NCBI GenBank assembly: GCA_024226235.1
Contig: JAAELW010000085.1
Location: forward strand, 756 to 64,755
Length of the DNA stretch: 64,000 nucleotides
Direction: 5' to 3'
Source: a bacterium
GTDB lineage: Bacteria > Myxococcota_A > UBA9160 > UBA6930
This document shows positions 26,607 through 35,095 of the stretch, one piece after another; positions within the stretch are counted from its first letter, which is position 1; every line of letters starts with the position of its first letter. A program made the translations under genes and the position numbers. Under the pieces are notes generated by a model, which was not told the DNA's origin, ran no database searches, and was given only the letters and a program-made list of their open reading frames with translations.

Positions 26607-27449
26607 ATGGCTCGAAGCTTCGAATCGATCAAGCGAGAACTCGAACGCCGCTACGACGCGGGCAAGATCGAGCTTCCCCCGTTGCCGGAAGTCGCTCAGC
26701 GGGTTCTGGAGACCGCATCCGATCCACTGACTGCCGCAACGGATCTCGCCACTCTCGTACACCGGGATCAGGGCCTGGCCGCTGAGGTCCTGAAGGGCGC
26801 CAACTCCGCGATGCAGGCGGGCCGGGTTGTCATCGTATCCCTGCAACAAGCCGTTGCGCGGCTCGGCATCGAGCGCGTGGTAGAGCTCGTGATCGCTGCC
26901 AGCATACGAGACGGCGTGTTCTCCGTACCTGGCTTCCAAGAAGAGCTCCGGCTGCTCTGGCGTCGCTCGCTAGGCACTGGCCTCTTTGCAAAAGAGGTGG
27001 CGCGTGTGCTTCGCGAAGACGTCGAAGCCGCCTTTCTCTCTGGACTCCTGCGTAGCGTCGGCACAGCCCTGTTGATCCGCGCCCTCGCCCGTCTTCGCCG
27101 TGCAGACGAACCCTCCATGCAGCCTGAAGATTTCCGGGAGCTGGACATCGCATTCCGCGTTCGACTGGGACTCGATGCGGCCTCGACCTGGGGGCTTCCT
27201 GACCATGTTCGCGATGCGATCGACTTCGACGAATCGACCGCACTGGAAGAGGGGAATGGGAACGCGCTGCTGATCTTGTTGGCCGAACGTCTCTTCGATC
27301 TGCTCGACACTGATGAAGCGAGCGAGGAGAAGGAGGAGGCACTTCGCAGTGATCCGATCCTCGACGAGTTGGGAGTCTACCCCGACGACCTGGATACGCT
27401 GTTCGGAAAGCGGGAGGAGATCCGGGATATGCTGGAGAGTGGCGGGTGA
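26607..27449 (+). CDS. HDOD domain protein
   Basis: 280 aa; LPPLPEVAQRVLETASDP...LATLVHRDQGLAAEVLKGANSA...SLQQAVARLG. Confidence 0.8.
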   Translation: MARSFESIKRELERRYDAGKIELPPLPEVAQRVLETASDPLTAATDLATLVHRDQGLAAEVLKGANSAMQAGRVVIVSLQQAVARLGIERVVELVIAASIRDGVFSVPGFQEELRLLWRRSLGTGLFAKEVARVLREDVEAAFLSGLLRSVGTALLIRALARLRRADEPSMQPEDFRELDIAFRVRLGLDAASTWGLPDHVRDAIDFDESTALEEGNGNALLILLAERLFDLLDTDEASEEKEEALRSDPILDELGVYPDDLDTLFGKREEIRDMLESGG

Positions 27450-28843
27450 CCAAGCGTACGAAAGTCGACCTTCTGGTTCTGGGCGGCGGGCCTGGCGGGC
27501 AGAAAGCAGCCATCGCTGCTGCGAAAGCGGGAAGACGGGTGATCCTCGTCGAATCGGGGCGGGATGTCGGCGGCGCCTGTGTCCACAAGGGAACCATCCC
27601 CAGCAAGGCGTTGCGTCAGCTCGCAGTCGAAGCTTGCGGCGACGACGACACGCTCGGAGATGCTGGCGAAGGGGAGAGGGCCATTCCCCTGGCCGAGATG
27701 AAGACCCGCGTCGATGCTGTGCGGGCTGGCCATAGCCGGTTCATGCGTGCTCAGCTCGAACGCAATGGGATCGGAATCGAGCGCGGTCGAGGCCGTTTCG
27801 AAACCGATCACGTGGTTTCGGTGACGACGCCGCGGGGCGCAGTCACGGAATTCGAAGCTGAACACATCATCATCGCCACTGGTTCGCGGCCTCGCGAACC
27901 CGACGGTTTTTCGATCAACCACGAGCATGTCCTCGATAGCGATTCGATCCTCTCGCTCAGCTACGTACCCGATAGCCTGGTCGTTCTGGGTGGTGGAGTG
28001 ATCGCGTGCGAATACGCTTCGATCTTCTTGACTCTGGGAAGTCAAGTGACGATCGTAGACCGTGCGCCGCGGCCATTGGCCTTTCTCGACCCGGATCTTT
28101 CCGCCGGCTACGTCGAAGCCTTCGAGCGCCGGGGTGGACGCTACGTCCCCGAAGCTCAGGCGACTGGAATCGAGTGGGACGGTTTCTCAAAAAACATGGT
28201 CGCCCTGGCGGATGGCAGCTTTTTCGAGGCCTCGAAGGTCCTTGTCGCCCTTGGCCGAGTCGGTTGTCTCCCCGAGCTGGCCCTCGAGCGGGCGGGCCTC
28301 GAGGCCAGTTCCCGCGGCCTGCTCGAGGTGGATCAGGATCTTCGGACTCGCGTGCCGCATATCTATGCGGTCGGCGACGTGATCGGACCACCGGCCTTGG
28401 CCACGACCGCGATGGAGCAAGGCCGCCGCGCTGCGACGCACGCCGTGGGTGGAAGCATAGCGGAAGGCGTATCCGCACTTCCGGTCGGTATCTACACGAT
28501 TCCCGACATGGCTACGGTCGGCCTTTCGGAATCCGAGGCTCGAGATCAGGGGTTCGAGGTTGCGGTCGGAAGAGCGCGCTTCGATGAACTCGCGCGAGCA
28601 CTCATCAACCACCGCACGGAAGGCTGGCTCAAGCTCGTTTCCGACCGCACGAACGGCCGTATTCTCGGCGTGCAGATCCTGGGCGAGAACGCAACGGATC
28701 TGATCCACGTCGGGCAGGTGGCCATCCACGCGGGTTGGAGTGCGGACGATTTCGTCGAGAACGCCTTCAACTTCCCGACCTTCACCGAGGCTTACCGCGT
28801 GGCCAGTCTCGCAGTGCTTGAGGAACTCACGCCTACTGGTTAG
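27446..28843 (+). CDS. sthA: soluble pyridine nucleotide transhydrogenase-like flavoprotein (SthA / Lpd family)
   Basis: 465 aa; GGGPGG FAD motif and GGACVHKGTIPSKALR (single Cys, Thr at the second Cys position as in SthA); GTGA overlap with the HDOD stop. Confidence 0.75.
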   Translation: MTKRTKVDLLVLGGGPGGQKAAIAAAKAGRRVILVESGRDVGGACVHKGTIPSKALRQLAVEACGDDDTLGDAGEGERAIPLAEMKTRVDAVRAGHSRFMRAQLERNGIGIERGRGRFETDHVVSVTTPRGAVTEFEAEHIIIATGSRPREPDGFSINHEHVLDSDSILSLSYVPDSLVVLGGGVIACEYASIFLTLGSQVTIVDRAPRPLAFLDPDLSAGYVEAFERRGGRYVPEAQATGIEWDGFSKNMVALADGSFFEASKVLVALGRVGCLPELALERAGLEASSRGLLEVDQDLRTRVPHIYAVGDVIGPPALATTAMEQGRRAATHAVGGSIAEGVSALPVGIYTIPDMATVGLSESEARDQGFEVAVGRARFDELARALINHRTEGWLKLVSDRTNGRILGVQILGENATDLIHVGQVAIHAGWSADDFVENAFNFPTFTEAYRVASLAVLEELTPTG

Positions 28844-28845
28844 GA

Positions 28846-28871
28846 GAGGGACCCTATCGAAGAGGTCCCTC
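28846..28871. terminator. hairpin between convergent sthA-like and GGDEF genes
   Basis: GAGGGACC-N10-GGTCCCTC, 8-bp perfect stem; no clear U-tract. Confidence 0.45.
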
Positions 28872-28873
28872 GC

Positions 28874-29998
28874 TCAACCCTCTTCATCCTGGGTGGGTTC
28901 CGAAGCTTCGGGAGCTATGGTGTCGATCGCGAGAGCGATTCGATCCCGCCCCAACTCCTTGGCCTGATAGAGTGCGCGATCCGCTCGATCGAACCAACTC
29001 CTGGCATTCTCACCTGGCTCGAGTCGCGCCGCACCGATCGAGACCGAAACCCGGATCGGCTCGTCCTCGCCCTCACAGGGGATGTCGAGTTCGCGGATCG
29101 CAAAGAGCAGCCTGTCGCCGATTCGGTTTGCCGTTTCGAGGCTGTCTTCGAGGATCACGGCCGAGAATTCGTCCCCACCGTAGCGGGCCAGGAAGTCGCC
29201 CTTGCGTCGGAAGGTGACGGACAGTCTCGCTGCTACCTGACGAAGCACGTCATCACCCGCCGCATGGCCGTAGCGATCGTTGACCCATTTGAAGTGGTCC
29301 ACATCGATCATGAACAGGATGGCGGGCTGCCGGAGCACCAGGCCCAGGCTGACCACACGTGAGACCTGCCGATCGAGGCCAGCGCGGTTGCAAACCTCTG
29401 TCAACGCATCGACCGAAAGTTGCTCCTTGACCTCCACGAGTTCACTCGCCATCTCGTTGACCTGGTCTGAGAGATCGTCGATCTGTCCCTGCTCTCGGAT
29501 CTTCCGACCTTCGATTCGACTCTGGATCAGTGAAATCGACGAGAGTGCCTCTCGCTTCAAGACCTCAGTGTCATTCGATTCGACGGCCCGGCGAAGATCG
29601 AGCATCTTGGCTGCGACTTCACCGTCCGCCTGGCGGTCCTCGGAGATCGCCTGACCGAGGCTCTGGATGAACTGCCAGATCACCTGACGAAGGTCGTCCA
29701 GGCTACGCGTGACGAAGTCGTACTCGGCCCTGCGATGCTCGCGAACGAAACGTCCGAGCCCATTCCAATCCTTCTGATTGGCGGGCGGCGTCGACGGATC
29801 GTCGAGACCCGGACGCGGTGACGCCAACACCGCATGACGGGCCCAGCCCTCGAAATCCTGTTGGATCTCTTCTTCGGAGCGCCCCGCAATTTCGATTGCC
29901 AACTCGCCCCAGGTGCGCAGCGCACCGGCGAGTGCATCGAGCACTGCGTCTTCGTCGTTTCCGGTCTTGGGCGAGCGCTTCTTCGAGGTCGGTGCCAC
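28874..29998 (-). CDS. diguanylate cyclase (GGDEF) with intact I-site
   Basis: GGDEF preceded by RKGD five residues upstream (RxxD I-site). GTG 29998 preferred (AAGGAGGT 4 nt upstream) over track start 30034. The N-terminal ~200 aa are helical and unrecognised. Confidence 0.9.
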   Translation of the reverse strand: MAPTSKKRSPKTGNDEDAVLDALAGALRTWGELAIEIAGRSEEEIQQDFEGWARHAVLASPRPGLDDPSTPPANQKDWNGLGRFVREHRRAEYDFVTRSLDDLRQVIWQFIQSLGQAISEDRQADGEVAAKMLDLRRAVESNDTEVLKREALSSISLIQSRIEGRKIREQGQIDDLSDQVNEMASELVEVKEQLSVDALTEVCNRAGLDRQVSRVVSLGLVLRQPAILFMIDVDHFKWVNDRYGHAAGDDVLRQVAARLSVTFRRKGDFLARYGGDEFSAVILEDSLETANRIGDRLLFAIRELDIPCEGEDEPIRVSVSIGAARLEPGENARSWFDRADRALYQAKELGRDRIALAIDTIAPEASEPTQDEEG

Positions 29999-30050
29999 AG
30001 GTACCTCCTTGGCACCTGTTTCGGCCGATTGCACGTCGCGGAAGATCGGG

Positions 30051-30076
30051 AAATCCCCCGATCTTCGGATCAGAAA
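30051..30076. promoter_or_regulatory. 10-bp perfect inverted repeat upstream of the GGDEF gene
   Basis: GAAGATCGGG-AAATCC-CCCGATCTTC, 53-78 nt upstream of GTG 29998. Confidence 0.5.
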
Positions 30077-30444
30077 TGCAGGGAAACCTCCGGAGGAGCG
30101 ATATCCCGTCGATCACGACCAGTCCGACGGCGGTCCAGAACCACGTCGATGGGCCTACCATCCTCCGAGACGGCGCCGAAGCTCGCATGCGAACCCACCT
30201 GCACGCCGTCGCCACGTCGAGCAGACGCCATCCCGAATTCGATGGACGTCCAGGCAACGCAAGCGAAACCTGCAAGGATGATCAGCTCCATGTAGGTGAG
30301 TGCCCCGCGACCCAAGAAAGGTGATGAGTCGATGATACACCCGATGTGAATCAGTGAAACCATCCAGGCCCGCGGGGAGCTGTTCAAGAACCGGAACACC
30401 AGAGACGATGTACATGCAGAGGGAGGGGCGGAGGAAGAAGAAGA

Positions 30445-30750
30445 ATGATCTCCAGTGCCACTTCGGCGGGCCTCGCTGGCTTCGAGGCCGCTTCCAAACG
30501 CATGGAAGCATCGGCTCACAACGTCGCCAACGTGAACACCCGGAACTTCCACCCCGTGGAAATCCAACAGGCCGTCGATGCATCTGAACGACCCCAGGCT
30601 GTATCGACCCGCTCCCCCGAAGCCCAGGAGGTGGATCTCGCCCGCGAGAGCGTGGAGCAGACCAAGGCGCTGGTCGGCGGGCAGGCCGCACTGAAGACCC
30701 TGGATGCCGAGCTGGAACTGAAAGGCTCCCTGCTGGACATCAAGGTCTAG
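30445..30750 (+). CDS. orphan mini rod-family protein (101 aa)
   Basis: N-terminal rod signature SAHNVANVNTRNF and C-terminal VDLARESVEQTKA...LKGSLLDI resembling FlgB/FlgC termini, with no central domain; purine-rich SD GGGAGGGGCGGAGGAAG. Confidence 0.65.
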   Translation: MISSATSAGLAGFEAASKRMEASAHNVANVNTRNFHPVEIQQAVDASERPQAVSTRSPEAQEVDLARESVEQTKALVGGQAALKTLDAELELKGSLLDIKV

Positions 30751-30791
30751 TCAGCGCGGGACCACCATCCGGAACGAGAAGAAGCGCGGCC

Positions 30792-31811
30792 TCACATCCG
30801 ACGAGCCGCCGCCACTGCCTTCTGGATCTCCCCCAGATCGTAAGGGCGCAGCACGAAGCCGCGAGCGCCGCTTCGAAGCGCACTCTCCACCATCCCGCGC
30901 GTCGCCTTTTCGTGGGCCAGTAGCGCAACGGTTCCGGACGTCTGTTCATTGTGTACCAGGTGCTCGACGAACTCGAGACCCGACCGGCCTCCCAGCTGCC
31001 AGGCCACGATCACGGCATCTGCTTCCTCGATCGATTCCAGACTGTCATCATCGAAATCGCTGGGATCGATGGCTTCGACTTCCTTGTCCTTCTCCTCACC
31101 CTCCTCTTCGATGCGATCCCGTTCCTCGCCATCCGAGTCGATGATGATGACGGATACCTCCTCCTCGGGAACCTCCTCCGCGTCCTCTCCCGAGGCTTGG
31201 TCGAGCAGCACCAGGAATGGAGTCGCATCGAAACCTTCGATGTCCAACTCCAGTTGGATGCACCACTGGGATCCGTCTCCAAGCCAGGACGTATCGCTCG
31301 AGGCGTCTTCCAGCGGTTGGGCTTCCTGAAGCTGGAGTGCACCGATTTCATGGGGTTCGAGCAGACGTGAGAGCACCGCGGAAGCGAGCTTCATGACCTC
31401 GCCGAAGCCCTCGGCGTGAGCGGCAAAATCTCCGCCGTCTCTGGCCTCGCTGACTGCCTCTCCTTCGAGGCCAGCCTGAAGAGCCCCGAGGCCAATGGCG
31501 TCCGGAACCGGACAGAGGATGTGTACGTTCAGCGGTTGATCGTCATCGCTGAGGAGCGCCTGATCGACAACCTCGTCCGGACACTCGAGCTCATCTGGCT
31601 CGACCGCACTCGCACCTTTGGCCGAAACCTCGGCTGCCGATCCGAGCAATGCGCTCAGATCCTTGGAGAAGGCCTTGGCAAATTGCTGGCCGACCTCGGA
31701 AAGGCCCGCCTCATCGAGATCGCCCCCGTCGCTATCGTCTTGGTTCTCTGCCTCTTCCTCTTCGATCTCTTCGGCTTCTTCCTCCGTTCCGTCGGTCTCT
31801 TCTTCGCTCAT
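30792..31811 (-). CDS. highly acidic protein with C-terminal degenerate receiver (REC)-like domain
   Basis: 339 aa; poly-Glu/Asp N-terminus and linker. C-terminus VSVIIIDSDGEE...DAVIVAWQLGGRSGLEFVEHL...VALLAH...GFVLRPYDL follows a REC layout but has Trp/Gln at the phospho-Asp position and Arg for Lys. 4-nt overlap with the upstream gene. Confidence 0.6.
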   Translation of the reverse strand: MSEEETDGTEEEAEEIEEEEAENQDDSDGGDLDEAGLSEVGQQFAKAFSKDLSALLGSAAEVSAKGASAVEPDELECPDEVVDQALLSDDDQPLNVHILCPVPDAIGLGALQAGLEGEAVSEARDGGDFAAHAEGFGEVMKLASAVLSRLLEPHEIGALQLQEAQPLEDASSDTSWLGDGSQWCIQLELDIEGFDATPFLVLLDQASGEDAEEVPEEEVSVIIIDSDGEERDRIEEEGEEKDKEVEAIDPSDFDDDSLESIEEADAVIVAWQLGGRSGLEFVEHLVHNEQTSGTVALLAHEKATRGMVESALRSGARGFVLRPYDLGEIQKAVAAARRM

Positions 31812-32146
31812 GCTCGCTTGCTCACGAAGCGCGACGTCTGCGGAGCTGTCTGCGCTGTGACGACTCGCCGGGCATGGTGGATCCGATCGAGTTCGTTGCG
31901 GATTCCCGAGAGCCGGGCTTGCACCTTCTGCTGCACCGTCTGATCGAGGGCCAGGACCTCTTCCACCAACCGTCGGGTGTCGGTGTCGATTCCATTCTTT
32001 GCCGCTTCCATGAACTCGTCGAAAGCAATCTTTCGCCTCTGAAGCGCTCCCTCCATGGCTTCCGGATCATCCCGCTCGGAAGCGTCCGCGAAATCCGAGG
32101 CCGCTTTCTTGAAAGCAGATGCCCTGGCTTCGAGCTCAGTGCTCAT
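31808..32146 (-). CDS. small helical protein in the fliT position (possible FliT-like chaperone)
   Basis: 112 aa; overlaps the fliS stop by 4 nt; predicted all-helical; no diagnostic motif. Confidence 0.5.
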   Translation of the reverse strand: MSTELEARASAFKKAASDFADASERDDPEAMEGALQRRKIAFDEFMEAAKNGIDTDTRRLVEEVLALDQTVQQKVQARLSGIRNELDRIHHARRVVTAQTAPQTSRFVSKRA

Positions 32147-32517
32147 GCCGCGCCCTTCTCGCCTCGACGAGCCAGCTCGGAGAACGCCTCCTCCAGCGTG
32201 TCCAGGACCTTGAGAGCATGGTCGATGGGCTCTCCCTCCTGTCGCAAGTTCGCTTCGGTCAGGCGCTCGATCACGAAATCGTAGAGCCGTTCCAGGTTTC
32301 CCGCGATCTCACCGCCGCGCTTGTGATCGAGGGAGCTACGCAGTTCACCAACGATGGCGACTGCCTTCGTGATCGAGCGTCCGCGTTCCGCGGGCGAACC
32401 GTCACCACCGAGTTGCTTTGCACGACGAGCGTGCCGGATGGCTCCCTGAAAGAGCTTTGCGACGAGCAACTCCGGCGTTGCTGTCGAAATGTCCATCTGC
32501 TGATAACGGTTTCCCAT
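32143..32517 (-). CDS. fliS: flagellin-specific chaperone FliS
   Basis: 124 aa; ATPELLVAKLFQGAIRH...ITKAVAIVGELRSSLD...GEIAGNLERLYDFV. Confidence 0.9.
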   Translation of the reverse strand: MGNRYQQMDISTATPELLVAKLFQGAIRHARRAKQLGGDGSPAERGRSITKAVAIVGELRSSLDHKRGGEIAGNLERLYDFVIERLTEANLRQEGEPIDHALKVLDTLEEAFSELARRGEKGAA

Positions 32518-32544
32518 CTCCCCTCCCGAGACGTTTGACTGCCT

Positions 32545-33963
32545 CTACGAATTGATGACCAGCAGGCTGCTCAACGAATTCCCCTGCCCTTGAAGTGCGG
32601 CGATCGAGGACTCGAGCCTTGCGAACTGGAGAACGAGCAACTCTTCTCTCTTCTCGAGGCGTTCCTCGAACCGTTCGATCTGGACATCGAAATTTGCGAT
32701 CCGTGTATCCAGGCTGCTGTCGATGTTCGCGAGGATGCCAGTTCCGCTCAGGACAAAATCGTCGATCGCCCGCGCCATGGCTGTCGCCATACCGTCGTCT
32801 GCGGCATCCCCGGTGCCCAGACCGGCAAGGAACTGGCGGACCGCAAAAGGGTCTTCATCGAGCTTCTGGGTCATCTCCGTCGCATCCAGACTGAGCCGGC
32901 CGTCCGTGCCGATCTCTATTCCGAACTCGCCAATCGATCGAATGGGGTTGTCCGTAAATGCGTAGGGATTCTCGCTACTGCCCTGAAGGGCTGTCTGAAG
33001 GGCGAATTGAATCCCACGTAAGGTCGGATTGCCGGAAAGCGGACCGGCCTGCTTGGTCTCTTCATCGAATTTGCTCTGTGCATTGATGAAATCGACGACT
33101 CCATTGTACGCGTCGACCAGAGTCTGGAATTTCTCTGTGAGCTTCTCGTCGTCCCGCTGGATGTCGAGCGTCACGGGGACACCCGGATCCGCGGCGTGGA
33201 GTTTCAGGCTCAGGCCTGGAATGGCATCGGTAATGTCATTGCCCGATCGATTGATCGTGATGTTTCCATAGACGGTGACCTGGGAGTCCTGCGCGGTCTG
33301 GTCGAGAGCCGAGTCGACGAACGGCGATGCTCCCGGACCCGAGATCGTCGTGGTCGCGCTCACATCGTTGGCCGCTCCGGTATTGTCCCCGGAAATGATG
33401 AGACGGTAGTTGGTGCCATCGAAGAGGATGTCGGCATTCACGTTGCCCTGGTTGTTGGCATCCGTGTTGATCGCATCCTTCAAGTCCCGGAGACTGGCGC
33501 CACTGGCGCCCACCGTGATGGCGATGTTGCTCGTCCCACCGTAATCGATCGTCAGGGTCTCACCGGAATTGGCGATCGTCGTGGTATCGGAGGAGAAGGC
33601 CGCCGAGAATCGCCTTCCTACCGTGGCGAGCTGATCCACCTGGACGTCGATGGTTCCGGGAGTCGCGTCGCCAGTGGCGGTGCCCGTCAGCACGGACTCT
33701 TTCGAGGATCCGACCTTGAACTCGAGCAGCTCCTCGTTGAGGGTCGCGCCCGTGAGCAGGCTGTTCTGGTTGTCGATGGCTGCGGAGGCATCACGCAGTG
33801 CCTGCAGCTTGGTGTTGAGATCCTTGAACAGCGACTTCTGACTCTGGACCTCGGCCTTGTTCCGCTCGACCAGATCGAGAGGGCGTCGCTCATACGCGAT
33901 GAACGCGGAGATCAATGCCTCCGTGTCGAGCCCTGATGAAAGGCCGCCAACTCGAATTCCCAT
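32545..33963 (-). CDS. fliD: flagellar filament capping protein FliD
   Basis: 472 aa; GLSSGLDTEALISAFIAYERRPL N-terminus and LVLQFARLESSIAALQ C-terminus. Confidence 0.9.
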   Translation of the reverse strand: MGIRVGGLSSGLDTEALISAFIAYERRPLDLVERNKAEVQSQKSLFKDLNTKLQALRDASAAIDNQNSLLTGATLNEELLEFKVGSSKESVLTGTATGDATPGTIDVQVDQLATVGRRFSAAFSSDTTTIANSGETLTIDYGGTSNIAITVGASGASLRDLKDAINTDANNQGNVNADILFDGTNYRLIISGDNTGAANDVSATTTISGPGASPFVDSALDQTAQDSQVTVYGNITINRSGNDITDAIPGLSLKLHAADPGVPVTLDIQRDDEKLTEKFQTLVDAYNGVVDFINAQSKFDEETKQAGPLSGNPTLRGIQFALQTALQGSSENPYAFTDNPIRSIGEFGIEIGTDGRLSLDATEMTQKLDEDPFAVRQFLAGLGTGDAADDGMATAMARAIDDFVLSGTGILANIDSSLDTRIANFDVQIERFEERLEKREELLVLQFARLESSIAALQGQGNSLSSLLVINS

Positions 33964-34040
33964 CTCGCGTCTCCTTCCTCATCTGGACGCGGGGCCCCGA
34001 AGGTGGGGATCGGACCCACCTATCGGGGCGAAAGAGGGGT

Positions 34041-34070
34041 GCGGGAAGCGGCCGCGTCGCCGCTTCCCGC
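34041..34070 (-). terminator. GC-rich hairpin terminator after flagellin
   Basis: GCGGGAAGCGGC-N6-GCCGCTTCCCGC (12-bp perfect stem) starting 12 nt after the flagellin stop, followed on the mRNA by ACCCCUCUUUCG. Confidence 0.6.
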
Positions 34071-34081
34071 GGAGGGAACTA

Positions 34082-34906
34082 CTACTGGAGCAAGGCCAAC
34101 GCGTTCTGCGTCGACACATTCGCCTGGGCGAGCACCGAGATACCAGCCTGTTGCAGAACCTGGTTCCGCGTCAAGATGGCGGTCTCCGATGCAATGTCGA
34201 CGTCCCGGATTCGAGACTCGGCAGCCGCTGTATTCTCGACCGAGACCGCGATCGAACGGATCGTGGACTCGAGACGATTTTGAGCGGTACCGAAACCGGC
34301 GCGCAGAGACGCGACGGTGCCGATGGCCGAGTCGATCAACGACAGGGCCGCCTGGGCGTTGGTCACCGTATCAATACCAGCTCCGCTGATACCGATTCCA
34401 GTCGATGTGGCGTTCACGCCAGTGACCGTGATCTGGTCATTGGTTGTGTTGTCCACGCCCACCTGGAAGGTGATGCTGGCCGCAGTACCGTCCAACAGCG
34501 AAGTGCCATTGAACTCGGTGACCTGGGCAATTCGTCCGATCTCGGACACCAGGTCGTTGAACTCGTTGTCCAGTGTCGTACGCTCGGCGGTCCCGAGGGT
34601 GCCGTTTGCCGATTGGATCGCGAGTTCGCGCAGGCGCGTCAGAATGCCACTCGACTCGTTGAGGGCACCTTCCGCGGTCTGCAGCAGCGAGATGCCGTCA
34701 TTGGCATTTCGCTGCGCCTGCTGAAGGCTCCGCACCTCTGCGCGGAACCGCTCGGAGATCGCCAGCCCGGCTGCATCATCGGACGCGCGGGTAATCCGCA
34801 AGCCCGAAGACAGTCGTTCCAGCGAACGCTGCAGGTTGTTGGTCGTATTTGACAGGTTTCGCTGCGCGTTAAGCGAAGCGATGTTCGTGTTGACTCGAAG
34901 ACCCAT
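34082..34906 (-). CDS. fliC: flagellin (short, 274 aa)
   Basis: MGLRVNTNIASLNAQRNLS...LSSGLRITRASDDAAGLAISE and C-terminal LAQANVSTQNALALLQ; ATG 34906 with GGAGGAAAG SD. Confidence 0.95.
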   Translation of the reverse strand: MGLRVNTNIASLNAQRNLSNTTNNLQRSLERLSSGLRITRASDDAAGLAISERFRAEVRSLQQAQRNANDGISLLQTAEGALNESSGILTRLRELAIQSANGTLGTAERTTLDNEFNDLVSEIGRIAQVTEFNGTSLLDGTAASITFQVGVDNTTNDQITVTGVNATSTGIGISGAGIDTVTNAQAALSLIDSAIGTVASLRAGFGTAQNRLESTIRSIAVSVENTAAAESRIRDVDIASETAILTRNQVLQQAGISVLAQANVSTQNALALLQ

Positions 34907-34935
34907 GGGGTTTTCTTTCCTCCGTGAACGGTCCT

Positions 34936-34958
34936 GGCTCACCTATCCTTGGTGAGCC
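34936..34958 (-). promoter_or_regulatory. 5'UTR hairpin presenting a GGA loop (candidate CsrA binding site 1)
   Basis: mRNA sense GGCUCACC-AAGGAUA-GGUGAGCC. Further GGA motifs at 34931..34935 (AGGAC) and in the SD 34916..34924 (CGGAGGAAA). Confidence 0.6.
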
Positions 34959-35079
34959 TTTGGTGATTTCCAGCTCATTCACTCGAATGAGTTGGCGGGG
35001 GGATACCACGCGCGCTCGCTCAGTCGGCATCCGATCCCGGCACATCCCCTTTCTCAACAGCCGGGGTCGCTCCTCTGGC

Positions 35080-35095
35080 TGCAAGGCGGGTGCCA
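35080..35095 (-). promoter_or_regulatory. sigma54 (-24/-12) promoter of flagellin
   Basis: Minus-strand reading TGGCACCCGCCTTGCA, about 175 nt upstream of ATG 34906. Confidence 0.8.

Noticed and set aside
30070-30291. 73-aa minus-strand ORF (MELIILAGFACVAWTSIEFG... ending DRRRTGRDRRD) in the GGDEF / mini-rod intergenic region
   Set aside because: GC3 is only about 64 percent, below that of neighbouring genes. There is no convincing SD, and its stop falls inside the 10-bp palindrome. It could be a small membrane protein, but the evidence is too thin to call.
30292-30444. Lower-GC leader upstream of the mini rod gene, checked for a c-di-GMP riboswitch
   Set aside because: I could not find the conserved GEMM-I or GEMM-II core sequences or paired-helix layout. 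This needs a covariance-model scan (Infernal/Rfam) to exclude it properly.
33995-34021. Small hairpin AGGTGGG-N7-CCCACCT in the fliD leader, considered as another CsrA site
   Set aside because: On the mRNA (minus) strand the loop reads UCCGAUC and contains no GGA. The GGA is only on the non-transcribed strand.
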